From: a virus
Taxonomy: Duplodnaviria; Caudoviricetes
Reading direction: 5' to 3' (one strand)
IMG/VR virus record: IMGVR_UViG_3300020042_006211
Span: 1 to 28,999 of that record
DNA: 28,999 bases
The first letter of the stretch is position 1, and the number at the start of each line of letters is the position of its first letter. The position numbers were made by a program, and so were the translations under genes. Shown piece after piece: positions 1 to 9,086 of this stretch. The notes below the pieces were generated by a model. That model was not told where the DNA came from and made no database searches. It was given only the letters and a program-made list of their open reading frames with translations.

Positions 1-720
1 AACAAAGCATACGCAGACATATACAACGAAAAAATGTCTTCAAAGCAACCATTTGATCCAATGGAGTTGGCTAAAGATGTGGCAGGAAAGTTTAGTTCAG
101 ATATATCTGCCTCTGCGCCAATGCTAACTGTGCAAATGCCAACTGAGCCAAAGCCAACTGAGCCAAAGCCAACTGCGCCAACGCCAAATATGCCAACACC
201 ACAATGGCAAAAAGATGTAACAAAAATATATCCAAAGATTGGCGAAAGGGGAACGCCAGAAAACGACGCATACGTAGCTGAATACAAAGACAGGATGTCG
301 TCAAAGCAACCATTTGATCTAATGGAATTGGCTGACGATGTAATGGCAAGGTTTGTTCCAAATACTGGATCAAATACATCTGGGGCTGCGCCTGCGCCAA
401 CTGTGCAATCTGGAATGTCTTCCGGCAAAATGCCAGAGCAACGTCCTGCTCTTCCGCCACTAATCGCTAAGACAGACCCCTTTGGGACAATGTTGAATGA
501 TCGGCCAGGAGGTGGCAGAACCTACGAAAGCCCATTTTTACAACCAAGACCAATGGGAAGCGGAACTCTTTCTCAAAGACCTACGCCAACGGCTCCAGGA
601 GCATCGGAACGCGTAGCGGCTCGTCGTGCAATCAGAATGAACCCTAAAAGCACCGAGGTAGCGCAACGTTTTGCAAGAGGAATTGGTGGGGCTCGTAACA
701 ATGATAGCTGGGCACCTTAA
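1..720 (+). CDS. Partial (5'-truncated) Pro-rich protein, probable internal virion protein
   Basis: Frame 1 is open from base 1. NKAYADIYNEK-MSSKQPFDPMELA matches the internal repeat NDAYVAEYKDR-MSSKQPFDLMELA, so the ATG at 34 is probably internal. Lies directly upstream of two other ejection-like genes. Confidence 0.6.
   Translation, partial: NKAYADIYNEKMSSKQPFDPMELAKDVAGKFSSDISASAPMLTVQMPTEPKPTEPKPTAPTPNMPTPQWQKDVTKIYPKIGERGTPENDAYVAEYKDRMSSKQPFDLMELADDVMARFVPNTGSNTSGAAPAPTVQSGMSSGKMPEQRPALPPLIAKTDPFGTMLNDRPGGGRTYESPFLQPRPMGSGTLSQRPTPTAPGASERVAARRAIRMNPKSTEVAQRFARGIGGARNNDSWAP
138..197 (+). repeat. Imperfect 15-bp in-frame tandem repeat encoding PTEPK/PTAPT
   Basis: gccaactgagccaaa occurs twice, followed by degenerate copies. 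Confidence 0.7.
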
Positions 721-722
721 AA

Positions 723-1595
723 ATGAAATCACCTTTTGATCAAAATCCAGAGCAGGAACCAAGTTCGGATCAGTCATACGAAAGAAATCTTGCGCGCAAT
801 TATCCGGCGGACGAACGGGCCGGAATACGTGCGTCCGATCAACGTGCAGCTTATCAAGCGGCTACGCTTAAACTAAATGCAGAAAAAGAAGCGCAAAATG
901 TAAAGGATACCAGTATTCGGCTTGGAATTGAACAAGCAAAAGAAGCTAGAGCGGTAACAGCCGATACACTTGCTAATGCAAGAAGCTCTGCTGAGAATGC
1001 CTTTAAAGAAAGGGAACGAGAATTTGAGCAAAAAGCAGCCGAACAAGTTGCACCAATGCTTCAGGAAATTAAAAAACGACGCAACCCTGCTGGTTACCTA
1101 TCATTTGCAGACCAAACCGAAATTGATTTAATGTTTACATTTGCTTCGCAGAGCAAAAATCCAAACATTACAAAAATGAGAGATCAAGAAAGGTCATTGG
1201 CAACAAATGTTATGGAAAGGGAAGCTGCAAATTTAGAAATTCGTGCTAAAGAAAAACGCGCTAAAGAAGAAATAAATAGAAAATTTGTTGAAGATCAAAA
1301 CGAACTGGTCGTGCAAAATCAAGCGGCTGGACAACTAGCTAAAGTTTTAAAGCTAAAACCAACTGGTATAAGCAATGGCAAGGTTGTGTTTGGCAATGAA
1401 GAGCCAGTGGATACTGGAACGCGCATCGTTACCACCCCTCCTTCTGGACTACCGACCGTTAGCGAAAAAACGCCTATGCCACCAGCAGGTAAGCCTACAC
1501 CTGCTGCTCCTGCATCTACACGGCCAATTTTTAAGGACGCCAAAGGAAAGAGGGCATATAGAAATCCTGACGGAACATTTGAGGAAATTCCCTAA
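723..1595 (+). CDS. Coiled-coil protein, probable internal virion/DNA ejection protein (290 aa)
   Basis: A/E/K/Q-rich helical body, Pro-rich linker and short C-terminal beta-type motif (FKDAKGKRAYRNPDGTFEEIP). Position just before a giant virion-type protein. Confidence 0.55.
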   Translation: MKSPFDQNPEQEPSSDQSYERNLARNYPADERAGIRASDQRAAYQAATLKLNAEKEAQNVKDTSIRLGIEQAKEARAVTADTLANARSSAENAFKEREREFEQKAAEQVAPMLQEIKKRRNPAGYLSFADQTEIDLMFTFASQSKNPNITKMRDQERSLATNVMEREAANLEIRAKEKRAKEEINRKFVEDQNELVVQNQAAGQLAKVLKLKPTGISNGKVVFGNEEPVDTGTRIVTTPPSGLPTVSEKTPMPPAGKPTPAAPASTRPIFKDAKGKRAYRNPDGTFEEIP

Positions 1596-1598
1596 TAC

Positions 1599-4500
1599 AT
1601 GGCTTTTGATTCCTCGTCCGCACTTCTTGAAGAACCAGTAGGTTTTGACGCATCGACAGCAGTTGAAGATACTGAGTTTGACGCATCAACAGCAGTTGAA
1701 GATACTGAGTTTGATGCGTCTAGCGCGCTGCCAGAAGATTCTACTGTGCCAATAACGCCAACCTCCAATGTTATTGCCAACATGGGTCGCAGCTTTCTTG
1801 GCGGTGTTGCCGGAGGAGTGGCTGATATTGTGGGTGGCGCAGCCGGTATATTGGCAGGGCCAGGGCGAAGTGACGCAGAAGACATTGCGGAGTTTGAAAC
1901 AAAGTCAGCGGCGCTTTCCGCCAAGCCATCAATATTTAAAGACTTCACGGAAGAACAGATTACCGGGATGCAAGCTGCGCCAGAAGGTTATCGCACGCCA
2001 CAGGAGGAGGTGCAGCTTGCTTCTTATGATAGCACGCTGAAAACTTTGCGTGAACGGCAGGCAAAAAACGCTCCGATTCAGCAGGGACTTGAAGACTTTC
2101 AAAAACTTTCATCCGAAGCCTCGAAAGAGGCGCAAACCTTTTTCGGCCAAGACCCAGCGCGACAGGACGAGTTCCTTTCCAAACTTGCTGCCGGGGCTGG
2201 ATCACTGCCACCCTACATCGCCAGCAGTATTGCGGGCGGTCCAGTATTGTCTATGATGACTGGTGCATTGCAAACCGGCCAGAACGAATACAACGCGGCT
2301 ATTGAGGCTGGCAGACCAGACCTTGCCGACGAGGCGATGGTCAAAGGCATGGGTATTGGCTTGACCGAAGGAGCGGGCGTCGGCGGTGGGCTTGGAAAAG
2401 CGGCACAGGGCTTTGCTGCGAAGGCGTTGGTGACTCTCAAAAAAGGTTTTGAGGAAGGTGGGCAAGAATGGGTGCAGAACACGCTTTCTAATTTAAACGC
2501 TTCTACATTTACCGGATACGATCCGGCGCGCCCCGCGCTCAAGGGCAGCGGAGAAGCGTTTGCTATTGGCGCAATTCTTGGTGGTGGCGTTGAAGGCGCA
2601 ACGCAGCCGTTCCGTAGCGACAAAACAACCACACCGTCAGTCGCACCAGAAACTGCTGCCGCCGTGGCGCGCACGCAACCTGTCACTGTGACTGTGCCGG
2701 AAGTTGCGCCAATCCAGCAAAAACGCGAACCGACATCAGCGGAAAAGGCATTTGATGAAATGGCAGGAATTTCAGGAACATTGCCAAGTGGCAGTCTTGG
2801 CCCACCTGATCCAATCGTTGTAGAAGCCGAAGCAGTTGGAGCGACCCAGACTGCCGCCGCGCTTAACCAGACAATATTGCCAACCGAAACGCAACCCGCT
2901 GCTATCTCTACACCACCAAAAGCAGCGCCTGCTGTTGTTGCGCCGACTGTAACACCAGCAAATATTAACGCTGCAATAGACTCGGTAATCACGACAGGGA
3001 TAGATGAGGGAGCAGCAAGGATGGAGAAACAAGGCCGCGATCCTGAAGCATTTCGCCGCACTGTTGATCCTGTCAAAAAAGGAACTGTTGCAGTGCGCAC
3101 ACAAGCTGCGCTTAAATATTTATACCTAAAAATACGGACAGTTACAGGAGGAGAATATGACGGCTATTTAGTCACCGATGCGGACGCCGCTACTGCGGAA
3201 GTTTCTAACGCCGCAATTACTGCCAGACCCCAAGGAGGTTGGTTTTATAGAGGGCCAGCAAGTTTGATGTATCCGACAGGGTGGGGAGGAAGAAAAGGAA
3301 ATGTAAAGTTTTCGGCAAACGTGACAATGAGCGCGGGGTTAATATCCGATTTGGACACATTTGTAAGTAATTTACAAAAACAAGGCGTTGACGCTTATTA
3401 CAAAACACCAGATTCGGCTGCGGGATGGGAGTCCAGACATGATCCTGTTTCAATCTACTCAAGCGACACTTTTACCCCTGCTCAAACCGCTGCTCTTGCG
3501 GCAATACTGTCTCCTCATGTTCGATCTAATTCCGCTTCAGTAAACGAACTTACGGGAAATAAAATAGCAGATGGACTTTTTGAAGATGCAAACCCGTCTA
3601 AACAACAACTTGCGGAAGCTATTGCAAAAGCCAAATCGGTTGGTGGCGCAGAGTTTGGAGCAGCAATTGAGGCTTATCTTGGTAATAAGGCTTCTACCGG
3701 CCAGCTAAAAGCCGTAAATGATTTACTAAATTCTGCGTCTCAAACAACAGCGGCTGCGCCAGTTGCTGCAACGCCGCCCACCGTAACGCCGCCCACCGTA
3801 ACGCCGCCCACCGTAACGCCGCCCACCGTAACGCCAGCCCCTAAGACCGAAGCGGTAACAATAAGTGATATTACAAAAAGGTTTCCAGATGGCTTTCCTT
3901 CAATTGCCGAGCTTGAAAAGATAGCTCAAGACTTAGGGATTGATTCTGAAGTAAAGGTTAAAAGAGGGTCCTCCGAAGCTATTGCTAAAGCAAAAGCCGC
4001 TGGAGAATCGACTGCTGATGATTACATCCAAGTGCAACTCATGGAGAGGATCATTCAAGCGGAACGTGCCGCGCCAGCACCTGTTACCCCAGCACCCGTA
4101 GCAACCGCTCCGCAGTCACCTGCACCCGTAGTGCAGGCGGCTGCGCCAGTGGCAAGAGCCATGACGCGTTCCGAAATAAACGAGCGGATTGCAGTGTTGT
4201 TGAAAGCCCCAGCAAAGGCAGGCGGAAAACCGCGTGTTTCATTTAAGACGCAAGCTGAAGAAGCGTCGTTCCGTAGAGGATTTGAGGCCGCAAATAAAAA
4301 GCCCGGTGAGTCGCCACCAGAACAGCGCCCAGGAGTTCCAGCTAAAGAGCAAAAAATTTACGACGCTTTTTCGCAAGGGTGGAGTCAGGCGCAGACAACC
4401 ATTCGTTCACTCAATCAGCCTACCCCCGCGCCAGCACCTGTTGCCACAGCGCCCGCAACACAAGCGCCCGCAGCGCAGGCGGCTGCGTCGGAAGTAGCCG

Positions 4501-7500
4501 CGCCCGCTCCCGTAGCACCCGCAGCACAGGGACCTTCGCAAGTATCGGGAGCAGAAAAAACCTTGGCTGAAACAAAATCTAAAGCGAAACCAGACAAAAT
4601 TGAGTCTGCTTTTGACAAGGCAATTGATGCGTTAAAACCCAGCAAAGGCACGCTTTACGCCGATCCGTTATTTATTCAGACCGTTGGCCGTCCCGCACTG
4701 CGCGCAGCACTGCAAGTGGCGCGTGCTGCCTACCGCGCCGGAAAGACCGTGGCGCAGGCTGTGGCAGAGGGTATCGCACACCTAAAAACTCTGGTCAAGA
4801 ATCTGGACGAAGCCAAGGCGCAAGAGTTCTTTGCTGAAGCCGGTCTGGATGATGGCTTGCCGATGCCCGGCGAACTCGTCGAAGGCGGACGCGAAGGAGA
4901 ATACTACACCCGCGTAGCCGAGCGCGACAAAGGCACATTGAGCGACAACGCAATGAAAGTTGTTCGCAACCGCACTACGCTGCCGGACACTTTCAAAAAG
5001 GATTTGGACGAAGCCGCAAAGATACTGCTTGAAACCAATGAAGGCGACTTGCGTTCCGCACTGAATCGCTCCAAGGAAATGAGCGCATCTGGCATCAAGG
5101 ACTACTTCAGCGGACTCACAGACCGCCGCAAAGCCGCTCTGCTTTTCCTGATAGCACAAAACGCCGCCACTCAACGCGAGACGGCTACCGACCCGAAACA
5201 AATTGCGGCACTTAAGGATATTGAGGCCGAGGCTATTGCGGACTTTACCGACATGATGAGTCAGGGTGGTAAGCTATTGAACATTGCGGGTCAGCTTTAC
5301 GCCGCTATGCCGATGTCGCCAGACGCGCAAGTTATGGCAGCAGAAAAGTTGCTAGCACGGATGACTGGAGGAAGGGCTGCGGAGGTAGAGGCAGCGCAAT
5401 TTATGGAGGGGCTTTCGGAGGCAATGAAGAAGCAACTTGCCGAGGCCATGTTGGGGCAACCGTGGAATGTGGTGAGCCAGTTGGAAATGGTGCGCGTCAT
5501 CGCAAAACTGGCAGCAGAAGGTTACGCAGGGAAACTAAATTTTGAGTTCAAAGTTACGCCACCATCAAAAGGGACGCGCCAGATTGTGCTTCCTGGACTG
5601 GCCGGGATGCGTGAATCGCTTGCTTCGATGTTGGCAAAGGGACTGGAGAGGAATTGGTGGCAAGCGCTTGCCGGGCCTCGCGCTCCCGTAGGGCCACTCA
5701 CTGCGGGCGTCAACTCTACGCAGAACCAGCTTGCCGGGATTCTTCGGCAAGTCATGGAAGCCAGAAAGCTCGTCAACAAGGAGCAGGCGGCAAAGCTCAC
5801 CGATGCGGAAAAGGTCGCGATGTTCATCGGCAAAAAGCAACTCAGTGAGGAAGCCGTTGCCAAGCTGGACGAATCCGTTTCCGAAGAAATCGAGAAGCAA
5901 GCCACGGAGGCAATAGAGGCGGCGGACGATGCCAACAAGCCAGCCGTCAAGGCGCAATGGGCGGCAATCCGCGATGCTTGGGAAGAAGCCACTTCATCCA
6001 TGAAGAACCGCCCGGCATCCAACGCTACGATGCGGCGGATGATCCACGCGGAGGCGAAGGAATCGGGGGTGGATTGGGATGCCGAAATGGACGCTGCTAA
6101 TGACGCTGCCTTGGCGCAACGGCTTGCAACGGCACTGGTAGAGCGCGTAAAAGCGGAAACATCCGGTGAGAAGTTGCCGGGCTTTCCGGCGCTCGATCTG
6201 GAATCATTGCGCTCGGCAGCGCTAGAGCAAGCGCAAACGGTGGTAGCAGCAAATCGCATTAAGTACACGGAGCGAATGATTGCCAAGGCACAGGCAGAGT
6301 TCAACAAGGCACTGGTGAGCGCCGAGTACGCAAAGCAGGCACCGCAACGGGAGGCCGAGGCTATTATTCGCGCTCATTCGCCGATTATTGCAAAGCTGAA
6401 CCTACCGGATTCCGTGCGAAAGGCGGTTCGCGACCTGTTCACCGAGCAGTTCCGCGCCAACCCTGAGCGAAATCAAGCAACTTTTGAGCGCGACATGACC
6501 GCGCTAGGCGTTCCGGCAGAAGCGGCTACCCGTCTTTACCAGATTGCCAACACTAGTCGTGGCATCCGCGAAGCCGCGCAGAAACTCGCGCAATACAAAC
6601 GTGCAACCGGCAAGACCGCACAACGGCAGGCCATGAGCGACGAGATGAAGGCGGCGGAGGAATCTATCCGAAACATCCTGATGAACAAGGGACGCCAGAC
6701 TTGGGATCAGGTGCGTGACAACCTTATAAACGGCGCGCTCAACCGGATGCCATTTGCTACTACGGCAGAGAGGGATGCAGCGGCGGATGCAATGATTGCC
6801 GACTTCAAGGCGCGCATGGATAAAGCAAAAGCGGTGCTACTCAAGCAACTTGAAAAAGGTACACCAACAGAAAGAAAGAAGACCAAAACCCTTGGCGAAA
6901 AACTGTTTAAACTTTTTGAAATTGGCGCGTTGGACAACGACGTTGCTACCCGTCTTTTCATGGAGAAAGCCGGAGTGCAGGAGTTCACGCCAGCGTTCCG
7001 CGATAAGCTAAAGAAAATGTATGAGGATGCAGAGGCAGCACCAGAAGGGATGCCTCGCGACCGCGTACTTGGGAACGTCGCTGTAGAAATTGCCCTTGCA
7101 AATCCTAAAACCTTTAGTTTCTGGTGGAACCTTGCTATGTCGATCAGCTACGGAAACATCCTTGGCGCTTTTACCACTATCTTTGTTAACAACCCTCTTG
7201 GCTCACTTGCAACATCGCTGGAAATGGTTGCAATGGGATCGTTGTCGAACAAGGGGGCTCGCGCAGAAACATTTAAAGGCGCTGTAAAAACGTGGGCTCG
7301 TTCGTTTGGCGACGGTGTAGCCATGATGCGTGATCTATGGAGTACTGGCGAGAACCTGCAAAAGATCAGCCAATTCGATTCCGCGCTCGTTAATAGCCCT
7401 GTTGAGTTGCTAGCGAAAATGGCGGAAGACCCATCTTACCCAAAATCGTTCAGAGTTGCGGCCAAGGCGGTATCGCAATACAAGTGGGTTATGCGCTCTA

Positions 7501-9086
7501 TGATGGCGGCGGATGCGGTGATTCGTTGGCCTGCGCGTGAGGCATTGCGATTTACTCAATCAGCCGCTATTGCCAAAGATACGCGTAGGCCAGGACAATC
7601 GCTGGAAGACGCTGTGGACGAACTAAATTATCCCGGCGGGCGGTTGGCAGCGTTGAAGGAATCACGCGCACAGGCGGCACAAGAGCTTAAGGATGGCACG
7701 TTAAAAACTAAACAAGACGAACGGCTGCGTGTTATTCAGCTACTCCAATCTAAGCTCTCGCCGGAAGGAACGGAAACGGCGTCGGAATCTGACGAGTTGG
7801 CTAACTACGGCTCACTGCTCAACGACCAACCACAGGATTTTATTGGCGTTATTGCCAGCGGCATTTTGAAGATAGCGTTCCCAAGCAACACTAAGAGCGA
7901 TTTGCAAAAGGCTCTTGGCGGTGCGCTACAACCATTTGTGCGCTTTGTCCGCACCAGCGCCAACGCCACTCGCGTAATGCTGGACTACTCCGTTGGCTAC
8001 GGTGCGTTCCGCTACATGACGCGCAACTGGCCCGTAATCGGCGCGGAATCGCTGGCTGGTGGAGTCAATCTTATGGAGGGACGCGCAGGCGATAAACTCA
8101 CCCAAGTACGCATCCAGCGCGCCTATCTTGGCATGGCGCTTTACGCCGGACTCGCTGCTATTTACGCCGCCATAGACGATGAGGAAGACCCTTACATTGA
8201 CTTTATTGGCAGCGGACCTACCACGCCAGATGAGCGTCGGCGCGTGCGAGAATCCGGTGTTCGTTTTAATTCCATCAAGATAGGAGACATTTACGTTCCT
8301 ACAAACGTAGGCCCGTTGCAACCGCTAGCCGGAATCTTGGGGCCGTTTCAGCGGATGCGCGACAATAAGAAATACCCAAAAGCAAAAGATGAATTTGATG
8401 AGCGTGTGCCTGAGACGGCTGGCGTAGCAATAGCAAAGGGTATTGCAGACGCAATGAGCAACCAATCTTTTACTCGTTCGTTAGCCGACCTACTCACAAT
8501 GGCTAACACCGGTAAAACTTCGTTTGGTGAAACACCGGATGAGTTTCTTGGCAAAACCTTGGCGCAATTTGTGCCAGGAAATTTGCGCGGACTCTCGCAA
8601 TTGGATGAGATTGTTAGAGGCAAAAAGGAACGCGCTGATGGATTTTTTGACACGGCAACAAACTCCATTGCCTTTTACGCTCCAAATGGTCGCGCCACCA
8701 CAATCCTTGGAGACAAGGTGGATGCCGGAAAATCCATAGCCCAAAAGGCTGGCGAAAAAGTTTTCCAATTTACCACAATTGCCGATGACAAAACTTTGCA
8801 ATTTGTTGTAAAAAACGGACTGTCTATACCGGATCGAAAACGCAAACCCAGCGATGGCAAGCGTCAAACTTATCTTGAGTATTCCGCCTACGTGCAAGAG
8901 AGCGGTAAGATGATGCGGAACTGGCTGGAAACAGAGAATCCAAAAACTGGCAAGACCGGAATGGAAATGTTGCAAGCTATTCCAGACAAAATTACCGTAG
9001 AAAAAGGCAAAACAATTAACTTAAGAAAGCAAGAAATGAACAAGTTGTGGGTTGATTTTCGCGAAGTTGCACTAACAAAGCAATGA
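1599..9086 (+). CDS. Giant (2495 aa) internal virion/ejection protein, polyvalent-like
   Basis: Very long ORF with acidic N-terminal repeats, Gly/Ala-rich membrane-like segments (aa ~60-340), Pro/Ala/Thr linkers flanking small globular inserts, a long helical core and a hydrophobic segment near the C-terminus. This architecture is typical of large podovirus ejection proteins. Confidence 0.7.
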   Translation: MAFDSSSALLEEPVGFDASTAVEDTEFDASTAVEDTEFDASSALPEDSTVPITPTSNVIANMGRSFLGGVAGGVADIVGGAAGILAGPGRSDAEDIAEFETKSAALSAKPSIFKDFTEEQITGMQAAPEGYRTPQEEVQLASYDSTLKTLRERQAKNAPIQQGLEDFQKLSSEASKEAQTFFGQDPARQDEFLSKLAAGAGSLPPYIASSIAGGPVLSMMTGALQTGQNEYNAAIEAGRPDLADEAMVKGMGIGLTEGAGVGGGLGKAAQGFAAKALVTLKKGFEEGGQEWVQNTLSNLNASTFTGYDPARPALKGSGEAFAIGAILGGGVEGATQPFRSDKTTTPSVAPETAAAVARTQPVTVTVPEVAPIQQKREPTSAEKAFDEMAGISGTLPSGSLGPPDPIVVEAEAVGATQTAAALNQTILPTETQPAAISTPPKAAPAVVAPTVTPANINAAIDSVITTGIDEGAARMEKQGRDPEAFRRTVDPVKKGTVAVRTQAALKYLYLKIRTVTGGEYDGYLVTDADAATAEVSNAAITARPQGGWFYRGPASLMYPTGWGGRKGNVKFSANVTMSAGLISDLDTFVSNLQKQGVDAYYKTPDSAAGWESRHDPVSIYSSDTFTPAQTAALAAILSPHVRSNSASVNELTGNKIADGLFEDANPSKQQLAEAIAKAKSVGGAEFGAAIEAYLGNKASTGQLKAVNDLLNSASQTTAAAPVAATPPTVTPPTVTPPTVTPPTVTPAPKTEAVTISDITKRFPDGFPSIAELEKIAQDLGIDSEVKVKRGSSEAIAKAKAAGESTADDYIQVQLMERIIQAERAAPAPVTPAPVATAPQSPAPVVQAAAPVARAMTRSEINERIAVLLKAPAKAGGKPRVSFKTQAEEASFRRGFEAANKKPGESPPEQRPGVPAKEQKIYDAFSQGWSQAQTTIRSLNQPTPAPAPVATAPATQAPAAQAAASEVAAPAPVAPAAQGPSQVSGAEKTLAETKSKAKPDKIESAFDKAIDALKPSKGTLYADPLFIQTVGRPALRAALQVARAAYRAGKTVAQAVAEGIAHLKTLVKNLDEAKAQEFFAEAGLDDGLPMPGELVEGGREGEYYTRVAERDKGTLSDNAMKVVRNRTTLPDTFKKDLDEAAKILLETNEGDLRSALNRSKEMSASGIKDYFSGLTDRRKAALLFLIAQNAATQRETATDPKQIAALKDIEAEAIADFTDMMSQGGKLLNIAGQLYAAMPMSPDAQVMAAEKLLARMTGGRAAEVEAAQFMEGLSEAMKKQLAEAMLGQPWNVVSQLEMVRVIAKLAAEGYAGKLNFEFKVTPPSKGTRQIVLPGLAGMRESLASMLAKGLERNWWQALAGPRAPVGPLTAGVNSTQNQLAGILRQVMEARKLVNKEQAAKLTDAEKVAMFIGKKQLSEEAVAKLDESVSEEIEKQATEAIEAADDANKPAVKAQWAAIRDAWEEATSSMKNRPASNATMRRMIHAEAKESGVDWDAEMDAANDAALAQRLATALVERVKAETSGEKLPGFPALDLESLRSAALEQAQTVVAANRIKYTERMIAKAQAEFNKALVSAEYAKQAPQREAEAIIRAHSPIIAKLNLPDSVRKAVRDLFTEQFRANPERNQATFERDMTALGVPAEAATRLYQIANTSRGIREAAQKLAQYKRATGKTAQRQAMSDEMKAAEESIRNILMNKGRQTWDQVRDNLINGALNRMPFATTAERDAAADAMIADFKARMDKAKAVLLKQLEKGTPTERKKTKTLGEKLFKLFEIGALDNDVATRLFMEKAGVQEFTPAFRDKLKKMYEDAEAAPEGMPRDRVLGNVAVEIALANPKTFSFWWNLAMSISYGNILGAFTTIFVNNPLGSLATSLEMVAMGSLSNKGARAETFKGAVKTWARSFGDGVAMMRDLWSTGENLQKISQFDSALVNSPVELLAKMAEDPSYPKSFRVAAKAVSQYKWVMRSMMAADAVIRWPAREALRFTQSAAIAKDTRRPGQSLEDAVDELNYPGGRLAALKESRAQAAQELKDGTLKTKQDERLRVIQLLQSKLSPEGTETASESDELANYGSLLNDQPQDFIGVIASGILKIAFPSNTKSDLQKALGGALQPFVRFVRTSANATRVMLDYSVGYGAFRYMTRNWPVIGAESLAGGVNLMEGRAGDKLTQVRIQRAYLGMALYAGLAAIYAAIDDEEDPYIDFIGSGPTTPDERRRVRESGVRFNSIKIGDIYVPTNVGPLQPLAGILGPFQRMRDNKKYPKAKDEFDERVPETAGVAIAKGIADAMSNQSFTRSLADLLTMANTGKTSFGETPDEFLGKTLAQFVPGNLRGLSQLDEIVRGKKERADGFFDTATNSIAFYAPNGRATTILGDKVDAGKSIAQKAGEKVFQFTTIADDKTLQFVVKNGLSIPDRKRKPSDGKRQTYLEYSAYVQESGKMMRNWLETENPKTGKTGMEMLQAIPDKITVEKGKTINLRKQEMNKLWVDFREVALTKQ
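1644..1721 (+). repeat. 33-bp in-frame tandem repeat (FDASTAVEDTE x2 plus a partial copy)
   Basis: tttgacgcatc(g/a)acagcagttgaagatactgag at 1644 and 1677, with a partial copy at 1710. Confidence 0.9.
3770..3835 (+). repeat. Perfect 15-bp tandem repeat, about 4.4 copies (TPPTV)n
   Basis: aacgccgcccaccgt occurs four times identically, followed by aacgcc. Confidence 0.95.

Noticed and set aside
1644-1721. 33-bp repeats as a possible CRISPR array
   Set aside because: Head-to-tail copies without spacers, in frame within a CDS.
1599-9086. Giant ORF as a virion RNA polymerase or tape measure protein
   Set aside because: I saw no recognisable polymerase catalytic motifs, and there are no tail tube or tail chaperone genes nearby.
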